From NCBI GenBank assembly GCA_030264375.1, contig JASCQW010000190.1, positions 104,154,047 through 104,218,046 on the forward strand: a DNA stretch of 64,000 nt, in the 5' to 3' direction. The position numbers and the translations under genes were made by a program. Below the pieces are notes generated by a model. The model was not told where the DNA came from. It did not search any database and worked only from the letters and a program-made list of their open reading frames with translations. Positions 13,921-28,050 of this stretch are shown here, in pieces. The first letter of the stretch is position 1. Each line of letters starts with the position of its first letter. The stretch comes from Carcharhinus longimanus. Taxonomy: Eukaryota.

Positions 13921-14354
13921 CGTCCCATTCTGCTGGAATCGAACATTGATATAATACATTCAATGCATACTTTGAGTTTTTATGTGGCTTGACTACAAAG
14001 TCTAAATAGGCAAAGAAAAGTCACATGGGAGCAGGAGATTCAATAAAAGTTAAAGGGGCTCTAATTATAAAAGATACTGTTGCTGCAGAGCTCACAAAGC
14101 AGCGGGCTAAAATTGACAGCAGGATAATAGACCATCCACTAACAAGTTAGATACTGTTCTTTCATCAATTGATATGTGGTTATACACAGAAAGAATAAAA
14201 TATAAAACTTTATTACAAAAATGGAAAGACATTAAAGTACAAAATAAAACAATAAAAATCTAAAAGAGAAAAATGAACAAGATAACCGAGCAATCTTAAT
14301 CGCTCGTGAAATTCTGTAGAGACACTCCGAGGTCTGTCTGTTCCTCCACTTTTA

Positions 14355-14995
14355 TTGTGCATTCTCTTGCCTTGTTAATCCTCCACAAATGCATTATTTC
14401 ACACTTCTCCAGACTAAATTCCATTTGCCTTTTCTGCCCAACCCGCTATCTTTCTCACTATCAACCACATAGCCAATTTTCCTAACACCTGCAATTCGTA
14501 ATCATGCTCCCTATGTGTANNNNNNNCGATTTATATGTTTATATATATAAATTATGAACAGTTAGGGACCCAGAACTGAGCACTGAAGAACCCCACAGCT
14601 TTTGAGTCACATAATATCACTGACCATAACCTTCAACTTCCTACCATTGAGCCAATTTCTGGTCCAACTTGTCTCTTTCCCTTGGATCCTGAGCTTTAAA
14701 TTTTCTGACAAATTGGCCATGTGGGCCTTTGTCCAAAGCTTTTCTAAAATCTATATAGACTACTTCAAATGCATACCCTTATCAACCCTTCTTGTTAACT
14801 TCTTCAAAGATTCAGTCACATAAGTCAGACATGACCTTCCCTTAATAAATCCATTGATTAATATTGTGTCTATAAACAATGATTTAGTTAGATTGTCCCT
14901 CAGAATTTTCTCCAACAATTTGGCTGCCACCGAGATTGGACTGAGTGGGCTGTACTTACTTGAGCAATCCATTTCATCCTTTTTGAAGAACAGTA
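14355..14995 (-). mobile_element. CR1 LINE RT fragment
   Basis: Minus-strand YSPLSPISVAAKLLEKILRD..GFIKGRSCLT resembles the CR1 RT N-terminal motifs. Confidence 0.75.
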
Positions 14996-17054
14996 CAACA
15001 ATATTTAAATATCTGATTTTTTGTTGTTGTTGAAATATCAACAAAGTCTTGGGGTTCACTAAAAAAAGAATGGGCAGATTGTGAGATTTTGTATCATTCA
15101 GGTCTGCTCACCGAACATCTGGATTATACAAAATTGGCATTGCTAAAGGCAGGAAGAGGCAAAAAAGTAGGAACAATAAAAGTTATCCTTGTTAAAGTGT
15201 GATATGCAAAGAGACAGACCATTAATGCTTACTGTAGCCCAAGGTTACAAATATTTGGACTACTCAAAGAATGGCATCAGGGAGTTTGTATCAATGAAGT
15301 GTGACAAACAGGAAAGGGCAACTCACCCTTTCAAATGCCTTTTTAGTACCAAGGGAGAGTATCAAGGCTTCTGGACAAGCTTCAAAGGCAGAGAGTATAT
15401 GATATTCAAAAGATGTCTCTTATCTCCCAAATGTCAGTCTTAAAGATTGTCTATACTGACTGAACTAATTTGGGCCAGCAAATTTTTGACCCTCTGAGTC
15501 ATTAGATTGGATTACTAATAATTCATAATTTTCATGAACTGTAACATTTTTCATGAATATTTCTTAAATAATGCAGCACACTGACATATTCATAAAAGAT
15601 GAAAAGAACATTAGTGTGAATGGAATGCCACATTAGGCATGGATAGATTGTATCAATAACTGGAAGAGAACATCTGACCCAAATGAATCCAGGCCACAGA
15701 ATCCTCCTCTGCATCTCTATCATTCCCTTTCTTCTCACGCACAATTTCTTTTGACCTCTCCTTCTTGTTCACACATAGAATACAGATGGAGAGGAATACT
15801 GTAGCCCTTCAGGACACTGCATATTTAATAACCCTTGTCATGGGTGTTACCACTTCTCCAGCAAAGATTTGATATGTCAATTACTGCAGTGAAAGGGTTT
15901 CCAATGATAGCTCACATGTCTGCAGATGATGTGGACATGACAAATAATGGGTTGGATGCCACTGGTATCTATTTTCATGTTCACTCGAATCTCGGCAATT
16001 ATACTTCATGCTCAGTTTGCTGAACTATCTACATGNNNNNNNNNNNNNNNNNNNNNNNNNNNNNNNNNNNNNNNNNNNNNNNNNNNNNNNNNNNNNNNNN
16101 NNNNNNNNNNNNNNNNNNNNNNNNNNNNNNNNNNNCACCAAGACCCCTGTCCCCTACCTATTCCACTTAAGCAATGATCTCTTGCTGCTCTCTAAAGCTG
16201 AGATTCTCAACATTACCCAGAACTTTTATATGCCATGCCAAGTGGGATATAATTGATGAGATATTCGGGTTCATCTCATCGGCAGGACCTTCTGGTTCTG
16301 TCAAAGGCAACCACCTCTCCCTGCCCGTGACAGGTTCCCTGATGGCGAGAATTGGCGAGTCACGCAAAATGTCATAGATATCGGCGGGACTGGAAGATCC
16401 TGCTGGTGGAGAATGGCAAGTGGTCTCTGCCACCAGAAAGTGGAAAATCTCAGCTAACGTGGGATGGGAAACTATGTGGGGAAAGATGTGGCTGGAATAG
16501 ACTGCTCTTCAGAGATCACAGTAGCAACAAAAAGCTTCAAACTGAACTGCTCTCCCATCAAAATACCTAGCTGTCAGAATTAATTCTCTTTGTTAGCTTC
16601 AAACATAATTTTGCACATTTTCTGGGTGCACCCCTGCTGAAGAATCTGTTTTTTCTCCTCAGTTTCCCTTGGATAGCGCTGCCTAAGCATCCTAGAGTGA
16701 GATACNNNNNNNNNNGTCGAGGGTGAAATTTCCTAGTCTTGCAAGAGAATCTGTATTAGGTTCATTTGACTGAGTACTTGGCACTTAATATCTCAGATGT
16801 AGTAACACCAATGATTTATGCAGGATAACAGTTACATTTCTGGCTTGTAGCCAAATGCCCCCAGAATCACAAGTTCATAGAATGTATACAAGACTGAAGG
16901 AAGCCATTCAGTCTTCCATGCCCTCACTGGCTCTTTTAAAGAGGAGCTGAGCACATATTACATCCCTACCCTTTCCTTATTTTTGCTGGCCTATTAGGCT
17001 GTAGATATTTGAAACTAACTCTAAATTTCCCACATTATCTTGTGCAATTTCAGC

Positions 17055-17390
17055 TTTTTACGTTCCTGAGATATGGACATGGTTCACAATGCCAGCATTT
17101 GTTGACCATTCCGAACTGCCCTCAAAAAAATCATGGTGAGCCCCCTTCTTGAGCTACTACAGTTCATGAGATGGGGATATGTGTAGTGTGCTGTCTTTTC
17201 TGCAGCGACTTTGATATAACTGAGTGGCTAGCTAGGCAATATCAGAGAGCAGCTGAGAGACAACCATACTAGTGTGGATTTGGACTGTGAAAGTAGGCGG
17301 GACAGGATAAGGATGGCAGATTTCCTTCCCTAAAGGGCAAGAGTGAATCAAATGGATTTTTGACACAATCTGGTAATTTTATGGTCATCA
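17055..17390 (-). mobile_element. tRNA-derived SINE of a second family (3' part)
   Basis: Reverse complement of the element at 48350-48630 (agatttccttccctaaagg, gccagcatttgttgaccat). Confidence 0.6.
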
Positions 17391-17395
17391 TTCCC

Positions 17396-17677
17396 ACAGA
17401 ATCCCTACAGTGCTGAAGGAGACTGTTCAGCCCATCAAGTCTGCACTAACTCTCTGAAAGAGCATTTTACCGTCCCCTCTGCCCTAACCCCATGCACTTA
17501 CCATGGTTAATCCACCTAATTTACACATCTTTGGACTGTGGGAAGAAACATGAGCACCTGGAGGAAACCCGCCAAGACACAGGCAGAATGTGCAAGCTCC
17601 ACCCAGTCATCTGAGGCCAGGATTAAACCCAGGTCCTTGGTGCTGTGAGGAAGCAGAGCTAACCAGTGTGCCACCCC
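17396..17677 (-). mobile_element. V-SINE, tail A
   Basis: atccctacagtgctgaagga..ctttggactgtgggaagaaac..gctgtgaggaagcagagctaacca. Confidence 0.88.
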
Positions 17678-17855
17678 TTTACTGGATTTAATAATGCATT
17701 GAATTTTGAACTTGTGCCTCCAGCGCAACAGTTCCAGCCTCTCAATTACTCGTGCAGTAACATTACCATTCTGCTACCATCTAACAAATGTGCAGTTGGA
17801 ACACAAGACCACCCTTCCCAATTCAACATAACTTGGTACCAAAACAAACAAGAAG

Positions 17856-18180
17856 AGGGAGGTTTTGTGGCACATTGGATATGTCCCCACCTCCTGAGTC
17901 AGAAGTTTTGGGTTCAAGTGCTGCCCAAAGACTTGACTATGGCCAAGGTAGGTAGATTCATAATGTGGCTAACAGGTTGAGTATCAACCTGCAAAATCCT
18001 TCTAACACACCAATAGCATGTGATAAGAGTGGGAGAGACTGCTAGTCAGTTATGATTGATGCGCAGTGGTGCCCCTCAAGTTATAAGCCTCTGACGGGCA
18101 AGAACCTCTAAGCCTCGAGAAAACTCACTAGGGAAACAGAAGAAACTGTTTTGTGCACCACTGAGTCGGAAGAGCAATGA
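17856..18180 (+). mobile_element. tRNA-derived SINE; related copy in reverse at ~2240-2450
   Basis: Head ttgtggcacattggat..ggttcaagt; shared downstream sequence with the reverse complement of 2300-2445. Confidence 0.55.
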
Positions 18181-21100
18181 CAAAATCTGTAAGATCATCT
18201 AGGGGCCAGGACATGGGAAACACTCATCTTTTCTAATAGGCAATGTTTTCTTGAGGGTGGAGTTTACACATACCACAAGGGTGGAAAGCAGATGGAGTTT
18301 TCCTCTACTCAGTGTGAGCTGGGAGTGCCCGCTGCTAGTATCTCAAAATTGAGAAAATGTGCTGTACACCACCAATGACAGGTCAATTACCCAATGAGTA
18401 AAACACAGGGAGAAAAAAACTAACTTTACTCTCTGGGTGTTCCAATGAACGAATTGGCTCAGTGACAGAACTTGCTAAGCACTTTCAATCCGTAATGTTC
18501 CCAATACAGACTTATGACAAGGCACATTCAGTTTTAAATCGCCAAAACGTAATACTGCAGGTCCCTCTGTTTTTGTTCTGTGGCAAGAGGAGATGGTTCA
18601 CTTCATGGATTTCTTACAGACCTACACAGAGCAAGGAGTGGGAGGCAGGGGGTTGGGAATTAAGAGCTCTACCATACTGAAGAACAACAAAATGAGGTGG
18701 TGCAAAATTCTCATCATTTTTGCACACCTTTTCAGAGAATAGGATGATGTGTGGAGAGGCAGAAGTCAGTCTGGAACTTCACAGAAAATAAGTGATCCAC
18801 ACAAATGTTGAGCAAAACCTTATGGAATCTCCACAGGGAGCCCCTGAGCTTTGGCAGGAGGTGGATGGAAACCAACCAGTACATTTATGAGAAAGTCCAC
18901 TCAAGCCGCAGATCCTCATCTTCCGGTGTTCACTAGAAAATTCCGTGCAGTGCATCAAATTCTAAACATAAATGAGCGTGTTGTTCCTTTCCAGCTCCAC
19001 TTCAGCGTGCCATAGTGCACAGCACTGAGGGACTTGCATAAATTTAGGCAGCGCCACTATTGTCAGGAGCTGTTTAACAAGTCATAATGAAGCACATCAT
19101 TTACACAGCTAACTCTTCCCTCTGGGAAACAGTGGGCTGCCTGAATGTCTTCTGGTGGTAATGCTTGCCTCCCCCAGTCATTAATAAAATGGACCTGAAC
19201 ATTAGTTACCTAGGTGATCCATGATGACATCCGGATTTCCGTGATGTCACTTTTACTAACAGACAAATGTTGGATCAAGGAACAAACCATTATCAAACAC
19301 ATTATGATGCTCAGAGTACAAAAATTAATTTAGAATGACATGAGGAAAGAATTGGCTCAGTGACAGAACTTGCTAAGCACTTTCAATCTGCAATGTTCCT
19401 AATACAGAGTTATTACAAGGCACTCAGTTTCAAATCGCCAAAATGTAATACTGCAGGTCTCTCTATTTAAAAAAAAGGCTCCTCTTGTGTTAGTGAAACT
19501 GTCAAATCAATAATCTCAGAGTAATAATTCAGATGTCACAGCTGGTGGTATATAGGAACTGGCCTAATAGATAAGGTTCTCTTAGTTGCCTGATACTGTG
19601 CGGAATGCAATCCAAAGATCTTGTAGGAACAATGTTGTCTGCCTTTCATTGCCAGTAATAAGACATATTCTGTATTTGTCTGTTTTCTTTAAACCTCCGC
19701 GTCTTACAAAGAGTATTTGCATGTGCTTTGCATTTTAGCAAAGAGCATATGGTAACATGGCTCTTGAATCTTTGCCACCCTTTTAAATGACTCCTGAGTT
19801 TGACTTACACCAGCTGTTTAAAATCAGTGTCAAAAGATGGTGAGGAAGTTTATCCTCCCGGGTGGGTGCCAACTCAAGCCTAGCCCTAATTTGCAGTGTG
19901 CCTTCCCTGAATTCTTTCTTTTTCTCTGAGCTCATGAACTGCAGAGTCCAAGAATTGGAAAGGCAAATTGTCCATATGTAGGAAAAAAAAACATCAAATT
20001 AATATATCAGCATCTGACAGAAAAAAGGAATACATGGAAGGGAAGATGGAGAAAGACAGGAGGAGAAAAGAATGATGGTGAAAGGAAGAAAAGGGATTTT
20101 ATGAAAAATACAGACAATGGGATAACCACCACAAAACTCAATTCAAATTCAGATTCAAGATATATTGCTGGATCATTGAACTGTGATGTACTGGGTAAAT
20201 ATTTGATCTTATTCTGAGACATGTTTTTTCAAAAAGATGAGGTTTCCCCTTTTGGCATACTTTGGCAGGATTTTCCTGCTCCAACCTTTAGTTGATGCTT
20301 CATCACCACAAGGACACTACGTGACAAGTCCAAGTGCCAGAAATTGGGCAGAGAAGAGCAAACAGCCATAGCCATTAGGACGGGGGCCGTGTGGCTGCTT
20401 CCCTTCTGGCTTTACTGCCAATTTGCCCCGGTGAAAAATCTCTGGGCTGGAGGTGCTGTTCATATCGATGAAACATCGATGAAACTGTGGAAAGGAACAT
20501 AGCTTGTGAGAGAAAGTGATCACAGTCCTGTGACTGCCCTGCACATTCATGCCTTCTGACTCAATTTCCATTTGTCCTTCCTCAATATTCTAAATATATA
20601 GTCAAAAGATGGCTAACCATTAGGGAAAATTTTCAGCTGTCATAAAACATTGCTGGAGGATCAGTTGAGACAAAAATGTAAAATAAATTGGCTTGTGGAT
20701 TCAAACTCCTGGTATTAGTTACACCAAAAACCCTGTCCAGCTGGGAGAGATGTGACATCTTTAAACAACCCATTGTTGTGCAATCTTTAATGATATCCGG
20801 GCCAGGCAGTTCTTTAAATAAGGAGAAGTATGCCTTAAGAGCACATTATGCGATTGCACAGCATGCCATTCACCATTTCTTTTCCTTCTTGCTGTACAAG
20901 ATCACTTGTACCATTAAGGCAAGATTGAATTGTCCATGAAACACCTTGTGAAAAGGGCAAAAGACAGGCATTAATTATATTAATTACCCTAAATCTGCCT
21001 GGCAGTTTCATATTGCTGTAAGACCTGCTTCTTTGACTGAACCGTCAGGCATAGCATAATTTTCCTTTCAAATGCATCCTTGAAAATGCATGGCAGTGTT

Positions 21101-22588
21101 TTTCCTAACACGGTTCCTTCGAAAGAAATTAGTTTTGTTGTACACTGGGTCACAAGAGCCTGTTTCTAAATTATGTTTCTTGAATGCTAATCTGTTGGAA
21201 ATTTCACAGCTAATTTGGTACAACGCACACTGTCCCCAGATCACTTGTCTACTGTTGCCCCGTGAACTCATGGCTTTTACAGAAATGCCGTGTTGATTAC
21301 TTGTTGTCTCCAATCCTGTAATATCTTATAAATAAAATATACGAGCATATATTATACATCATTTTGTTTAGAACAAGATGAATGCCTGGCTGCGCATGAT
21401 ATTTAATATCCAAAGGTTTCCTCTAAAAATATAGTGCAACTTCACGTGAAGCAATGTTGGCACCTAGGGACTAAGTGGCCGATTGTAGTGACCATTTACC
21501 TCAGAGACCTCAGCCTGAATCAAGCCCAGAGCAATAGCAGGAAAGCATTGTCTCTCTTTCTGGGCTGTATATGAAATAGATTGCCAGTCTCTGACCACTC
21601 CCTAGTTACTGCAAAGTCACAATGTAATCTCACACATTTCTCCATAAATTGGCATTGGAATATCCATTTGCTTGAGAAATAGCGGTTGGAATGTCGTACT
21701 ACTACAATGGAGATTAAGGGATATTAATGAGACAGAGGGAGAAGAGATTTACCCACCATCTGATGCTGGAATTGACCTTAAATTGCTCTTTTTTTTTCCA
21801 GCTGATGTACTTCATTCTCACAACTAAGGATTATTGGTGATTTGATCAAGCAGGGATTTTCAGTTTAAACTGTAATATGTAAACTGAGATTCAGGGTTAT
21901 TAAAAGTTAATCCGCAAAATCTCAATATCCATGATATTACCTGGAATGACTGGTGCCATTAAAGCAAGGAAGGGAGTGATGCATTCTTAAACTCACCTAT
22001 GAGTGAAAGAGCCAGTCTTTAAAACTACTTTGCATAATTATCTTGGCCTGTGTGGGGCTCATTCTCTCAATTTGCTTCCAGGAAGCTTTTGTGACATGGT
22101 TGGAGAAATAGAGTGGGAATATCAAGGAAAAATCTACTCCTCGGTGGGTAATAGTTAGCCAAATAGCTCTCCAGCCAATAACTGCACAGGAATTTGGTGA
22201 GAAATTGGTAACAGTCATCATGACTGACAAGAATAAAATAATCCAGCAAACGTGGAGGAGGATAAAATGATGATATGTTTGCATTTCTGTACACCATTTT
22301 GCTGAAATTCAAAACTGAGTCTCCACAGAGTCGACAGTTTCTGATCATGTTGTATTATGGTGAAATACTTCACTTTGGAAGCGAAAAATCAAGACTACGA
22401 TTGACAAGCTTCTAGCGGCAACAGATTCAGAACGGTATCACCAAGGATGCTTTTCTTGTCTCACAACCGAAAAGTGATTGTGATGGGAGAAGAGGGAATG
22501 AGGGTTGTGGGGTGAAAACTTAAATAAGGAAAGGAAATCATTTCCAGAAGAGAAAATTAACATTGCGCCTGTGTGTAAATGATATGCA

Positions 22589-22685
22589 ACAAAAACAGAA
22601 AAGCTGGAAAATTTCTGGTCTGACAGCATCTGTGGAGATAGAGTTGAGCCAACGTTTTGAGTCTAGACAACCCTTCATCAGAGCT
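22589..22685 (-). mobile_element. Penelope pLTR-derived short element with decayed minimal hammerhead motif
   Basis: Minus strand: agctCTGATGAagggttgtctagactcAAAACGTTggctc..ccacagatgctgtcagacc. Confidence 0.75.
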
Positions 22686-23169
22686 TTAGCATTTATGTAC
22701 ATGATATGCACCTGAATGCGTACATCATCAATTCTAACATGCACAGATCAGATTCACTCTTTTTCACAATGAACGGGGGAACATGGGTTTGGTGCTATCT
22801 TCTCCTCATGGACTGTACAATTCAATCCAATGGCTTTTGTTTTGAAAGAAGAAGAGGTTTCACTGTAGTTCAGCTTTGCCACTGGATCAATGTTATAGCT
22901 AGCCAGGTTGTAGAAGAGGGCAAGGTCAGCATTGTTTTTTAAAAGGGACAGCTGTGAAAGCTAGGGCTGCATTTTATGCCTCCCTGATTTAAAGGCAGGC
23001 CTGCATGCAAAATTTGTGCGTGGCCTTTCTACATGCTCTCCAACCATTTTTATGGGCAAGGTGTCACGTGCTCATCCTTGGTCTTACTGAAGTCCTCAAG
23101 TGACCAATAATTTGCCATTTAAAGGCCCCGTCCCACCACTGATGGTATTTTACTCACGAGGCTGTCCAA

Positions 23170-23292
23170 GAGCTCTGACAAAGGCTCATCTAGACTCGAA
23201 ATGATGGGTCTATTCTCTCCCTACAGATGCTGAGATTTGAAAGCAATTTCTGTTGTTGCTTCAGATTCCAACATCCATAGTATTTTGCTTTT
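23170..23292 (+). mobile_element. Penelope pLTR-derived short element with decayed hammerhead motif
   Basis: gagctCTGACAAaggctcatctagactcGAAATGAT..ctacagatgctg..cagattccaacatc. Confidence 0.7.
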
Positions 23293-24788
23293 CTCTTAAG
23301 CACTGAAGTGCACTGGCTCAAGTGTAATTTTGCCCACTGGATACATGTAATTAAATCAAAGACAAAACCAATGGTGCTATTTTTTTTTTCTCCCTCCTCT
23401 TCAAACTTAAAATGCAGCACTATTACTGCAGGGAGTTGTTCAGTGTTGGTGTAACTATACTTTAATTTATCTGTTGAATCATATTATAAATAACTGATTC
23501 CAACTGTCAGTTGTAACAAAAAAATGTTTTAAAGGACACAAAATTACTGGATTATTCTTGAGGGATTTTGTTACTGCACATAAAAAGCTAAGCAGGCTTT
23601 GCCTGTAGTTCAACTCAAATTTTCGAAATACTCTATTGTATTACTCTGCCTAATGTGACAGCTAATTTTTTTTTTCTTTTGCCACGTTTGAATCAGATTA
23701 ATTTACTTTTTAATATGACTTTTCTGACTAATGCTCGAGAGGATACTGATACAATTCCATTTGGTGTATTTTTTTTGAAGGAGACAGTTGCTGTGTTAAT
23801 GGGTTAAACAGTATTCTTTATTGCTGAATTTCTGGGTCATTACATTGATGTGTTGAACAAACATTTGAGGAGAATTCCCTCATGCTGTAAGTTCTTTTCT
23901 CAGCGATGCTATTAAATTGGGTTCCTGTCACACACAAAATAATGCAGCTCAGAAGGTGACCATTCAGCCCATCATTCCTGGGCCAGCTCTGTGAAAGAGC
24001 CATCCAATTAGTTTGTCTCTGCTGCCTTTGCCTCATAGTGATAGACATGACTTTTATTAAACTGTTTATCTCATCACATTTTTAAAGCTATTATTTAATC
24101 TGCTTCCACCACCCTTTCAGATCATAACAACGCATTGCCTTTATTTTACCTCTTGATCCTTCTGCTAATTATCTTAAGTCTGTGTCCTATGGGTAGGAGC
24201 TCTCTTGCCATTGGTGACAGTTCTTCCCTACTGTTGTGAAAATGTAGGTTAAATTTTTCCCTCTAGTTTGATTAAGAATGTTTTTCAGTTGCTTTGGAGC
24301 TATTTGGGAAGGTTTGGTGCAAGAATTGTGCCGGTCTTATGTGGTGTGTTGACAGATTAAAGAAAACAGGGTCATTAGACAGACCCTGTTTTGGAATTAA
24401 TTATTCCCAAACTAAAAATCTGTAAATATGTTTAGGGAGGAATTCTTGTCCTTAAAGGACAAAAATCCTAAAAAAGCGACTGTCGCGAAGGTGACTCAGC
24501 TTTACCTTTCCTGCAGCTAATAATTCTGCCCAGAGTGCAATCGCGCACAGCTAACTACATTATCTAATCATCTGCGTCATTAATGAAGGGAGCAGCAATG
24601 GGTCTAATAGTGCTATTATTCCTGATATATTTCTGCAGCACCAGCTCTTGGTCCCAGTGCTGTAGATGCAAATTTATACCGCAGAGTGGTTATTACAGAA
24701 ACTTCCACTGCACAGCAACTTGAACACAAAATCCAGACTTACCCTCTGGCAAAGCACAGACTGAGTGCTGCCATATTGGAAATGTTGG

Positions 24789-24913
24789 GGCGAATCTTCT
24801 CATTCCACCCATCATGGGAATCGTATCGGGCACGGGGCAAACCATGGAAAGTTCCGTTGACCTTGGGCAGGATTTTCCGGTTTTGGGGCAAGCACAGCTG
24901 GAAAATCACGCCC
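24789..24913. mobile_element. Small MITE (probably PIF/Harbinger-type) nested in a DeuSINE; second copy at 38878-39186
   Basis: Imperfect TIRs gggcgaatcttctc / ggaaaatcacgccc; internal accatggaaagttccgttgaccttgggcaggattttcc matches 39115-39150. Confidence 0.6.
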
Positions 24914-25205
24914 CATTGTGTCATGGATGAGGTGTTAAAACTGTCCTCTTGGATGGATGTAACATTTCTCACGGCACTGTTCCGAAGGAGCGCAGTATAG
25001 TTCTCCATGGCCTCAACCAAGATCAGGTATAACAGATTAGTTGACCATTATCACACTGCTATCTGTGTCACCTTGTCGTTGGCAAATTTCTTCCTATCTC
25101 ATGGCAGTGACTGCACTTTGAAAAAAAATCTCATTGGCTGCAAAATGGTGTGGGAGGTCCTGAAGTTGTGATAGGTGCCACACAAATGCAAATCTTTCTT
25201 TTACA
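24914..25205 (+). mobile_element. DeuSINE/SacSINE1-like SINE fragment
   Basis: ggatgaggtgttaaa..tggatgtaa..cattatcacactgct..aatgcaaatctttctttt, colinear with 40020-40370. Confidence 0.65.
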
Positions 25206-26312
25206 GATTGCAAAGCTTGGACTTGCACGATTGTACATTTCCTTAATTATATTTTACTCCTTTTCCTCGCACTAACCATTTTCCCCCCCCCCAGCAATTT
25301 CAGGTGTGAATCAAAATGTTGAGTAGCAAACAGGATATTTGAGAGTGGTGACATTATTTGCTTGCAAGTACTATCCAGAAGGGATTGCTGAATAGATCCT
25401 ATATGGGAAGCTTGGCTGACCCATTCTATTACCCTAACCCAAGGTGAATGAGGCTAATCACAGAGTTCTTGATTCAGCACAGGCAATGGATTGAACCCTG
25501 GATCAGTATCGCTTAGCAACAGGAATACCTTGGGTTTTTATTGTGTCTTAAATGTAGGTGTCCCAAGGGATTTTACAGAGGAGAGGAAAGAAAATAGAAA
25601 TAAGTAAGGGAGATGACATTAAGCAATGGAAAGAGATTAGGAAGGACGATCGCATACTTTGGATGTGTGCATAGAAGATGTGTGAAGGTACAGGGAGAAG
25701 AATTGGTTCCAGCTGGAATACCAAGAGAGCAGAGGTGGTGGGAGGCTTTGCTCCCAGAGGTAACATGAAGAGGATGGGGATGCACGAAAGGCCAAGTCAA
25801 ATAATGAGCAGTTGCAGCAAGGGCTACAAGGCTGGAGGGAAAAGCTGAGATAGAATAGGCATGGAACAATTTCAGGACAAGCACGTTAAATTTTGCAAGC
25901 AGAATTTAATGTAGGCTATGGGACTTCTGGATGAATTTTAGACCAACTACAATTTATTAACAATGGAAAATTCCAAAAGAATTCAAGAAACCGGTGGATC
26001 TTGAATCTGTTCAATCAAATAAAATGGGTGATGGTGAGTCTGTCTGATATCCTGCCCATTTTTTAAAATTTCTGCTGTTGGCGGAAGATTTGCTATCACC
26101 TATTTGACACCATTAAACAATAGTCTCAGGATGATTGGAAGCAGGATGAGTATTTCATAGAAAGGCATTATGAGCAAAAGCAGTGAGTAGGGAATAAGAG
26201 GATGGAATGTTCCCACTTCGCTCTGCCTGGCACAGATTGCGTAGATCCAAAGAAATAGCCTACTTGCATAGAGATCGGAGTTCTGCATCTGGGAAAACTG
26301 TCTGTCCACACT

Positions 26313-26787
26313 TGCCAACAATCTGCCAGCCCTGATAACAGTCTGTCAGCACTGACAACAGTCTACCACATCGACAACAGTCTACCAGCACTGACAACAG
26401 TCTGCCACACTGACAATAATCTGTCAGCCCTGACAACAGTCTGCCAGCACTGACAACAGTCTGTCAGCTCTGAGAACAGTCTGTCAGCACCAACAACAGT
26501 CTACCAGCCCTGACAACAGTCTGCCAGCCCTGACAACAGTCTGTCAGCACCAACAACAGTCTGCTAGCCCTGGCAACAGTCTGCCAGCACCAAAAACAGT
26601 CTGCCAGCACTGACAATAGTCTGTCAGAACTGACAACAGTCTGCCAGGCCTGACAACAGTCTGTCAGCACCGACATCAGTCTGCCAGTACTGACAACAGT
26701 CAGTCAGCACCGACATCAGTCTGCCAGTACTGACAACAGTCAGTCAGCACCGACAAGACTGCCAGCCCTGACAACAGTCGGTCGGCA
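26313..26787. repeat. 21-bp minisatellite, ~22 copies (CTGACAACAGTCTGYCAGCMC)
   Basis: Directly visible tandem array. Confidence 0.95.
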
Positions 26788-28050
26788 GACTGGCTGGTCA
26801 CTCTTCCTGCTCCTGGTTACTATCTGGTGATTCCTACTGGAAGAATGCACATGCAGTGATCAGGGAAGACAGGAGTAGACATAACTCTGCTATCCTCATG
26901 TTTATACCTCTTGTTTCTGCTCACACACCAACGATTGTTACTTGAGAATAGGAATAGATGATAGCAAACACTGAGACCATAATCCAAGAGCCATCAAGAG
27001 AGGAGAGAGGAAAGAATATTGGTGAGCAAACGAAAACGGATCGGCTAAATGGTAAGAAATTGAGAATTCAGAGTTTAAGGGCTGACTTTTTTCCAATACT
27101 AGGTTGCCCCATCTGCAAGACTGCAAGCGAATTTTAGAGGCCGCCCAGACAGATGGCAGGATTCCAGGCAGAATTTTATAGCAGAGGCCGCCATCAAATT
27201 GAGGGTGGCGGTTCTTCCTTCTGAACCTGATGGCCCAATCGCAGGACTGCAGTCTCAGTGGCATTACAGTTAGAGGTGGCACTACTGAGGCCACAGCAAG
27301 AGGAAGATACGTTGAGATACCCTCAACGGCCAGACAGTCCCTAGTGGTCAGAGGGGATCAACCCTCCAGCAGCAGCATTGGAGCCGCAGGGTCAGCCATT
27401 GCCACTGATAGACCTCTCTGTGGGCAAAGGCACAGCCAAATAGGGTACATGCCTGGGAACCTACCGCCCACAGAGTATTGGTGAGCCTCTCCATGTGACA
27501 TATCCTGATGCCTGCATGGGCAGGAAGAAGTCCTTAATCACCCAATTAACTGGTTTAATTGTTGTCTGCCTCCAGTGGGCGATCAGCCATGACACTCCTT
27601 TCCATTCTACTGGCATTATGCCTGGTGCTGGGAATTTGCCAGGTTCTCCTCCCAACATCTTCAGCTCCAGTTTATGAGCCTGTTGCCAGAAAGCTGGTAA
27701 AACTCAATCCTCAGATTCAAACTGCTTTTAACTTACTTGCATGTTAAGTTCAGTTTAAATTAAGCTAACCCACTTGTCAAAACTACCTCAGCTACTTGGG
27801 AGACATTTCAACAGGAATAATCTGCATTGAAATGTTGGAGGGTGCCAGGATCCATGTGATCTTAGACCACAAATTAGTGTTGGTATCCTCGGGCAAACCC
27901 TCCCTCAGATGAAATAGTGCAGCATGGAATTTGAGGTGCCCAAATTTGCAAGTTGAATGATAACTTCAGTTTTAACATGTACTTCCCAGATGCTCCAGTT
28001 AAACCACATGATTTAACTTAGTTTTATTTAGGATGCTGGAAATATTTTAA

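Noticed and set aside
26313-26787. CRISPR-like array or 7-aa repeat protein
   Set aside because: Contiguous tandem units without unique spacers, no cas genes, vertebrate intron; the ORFs are by-products of the 21-bp period.
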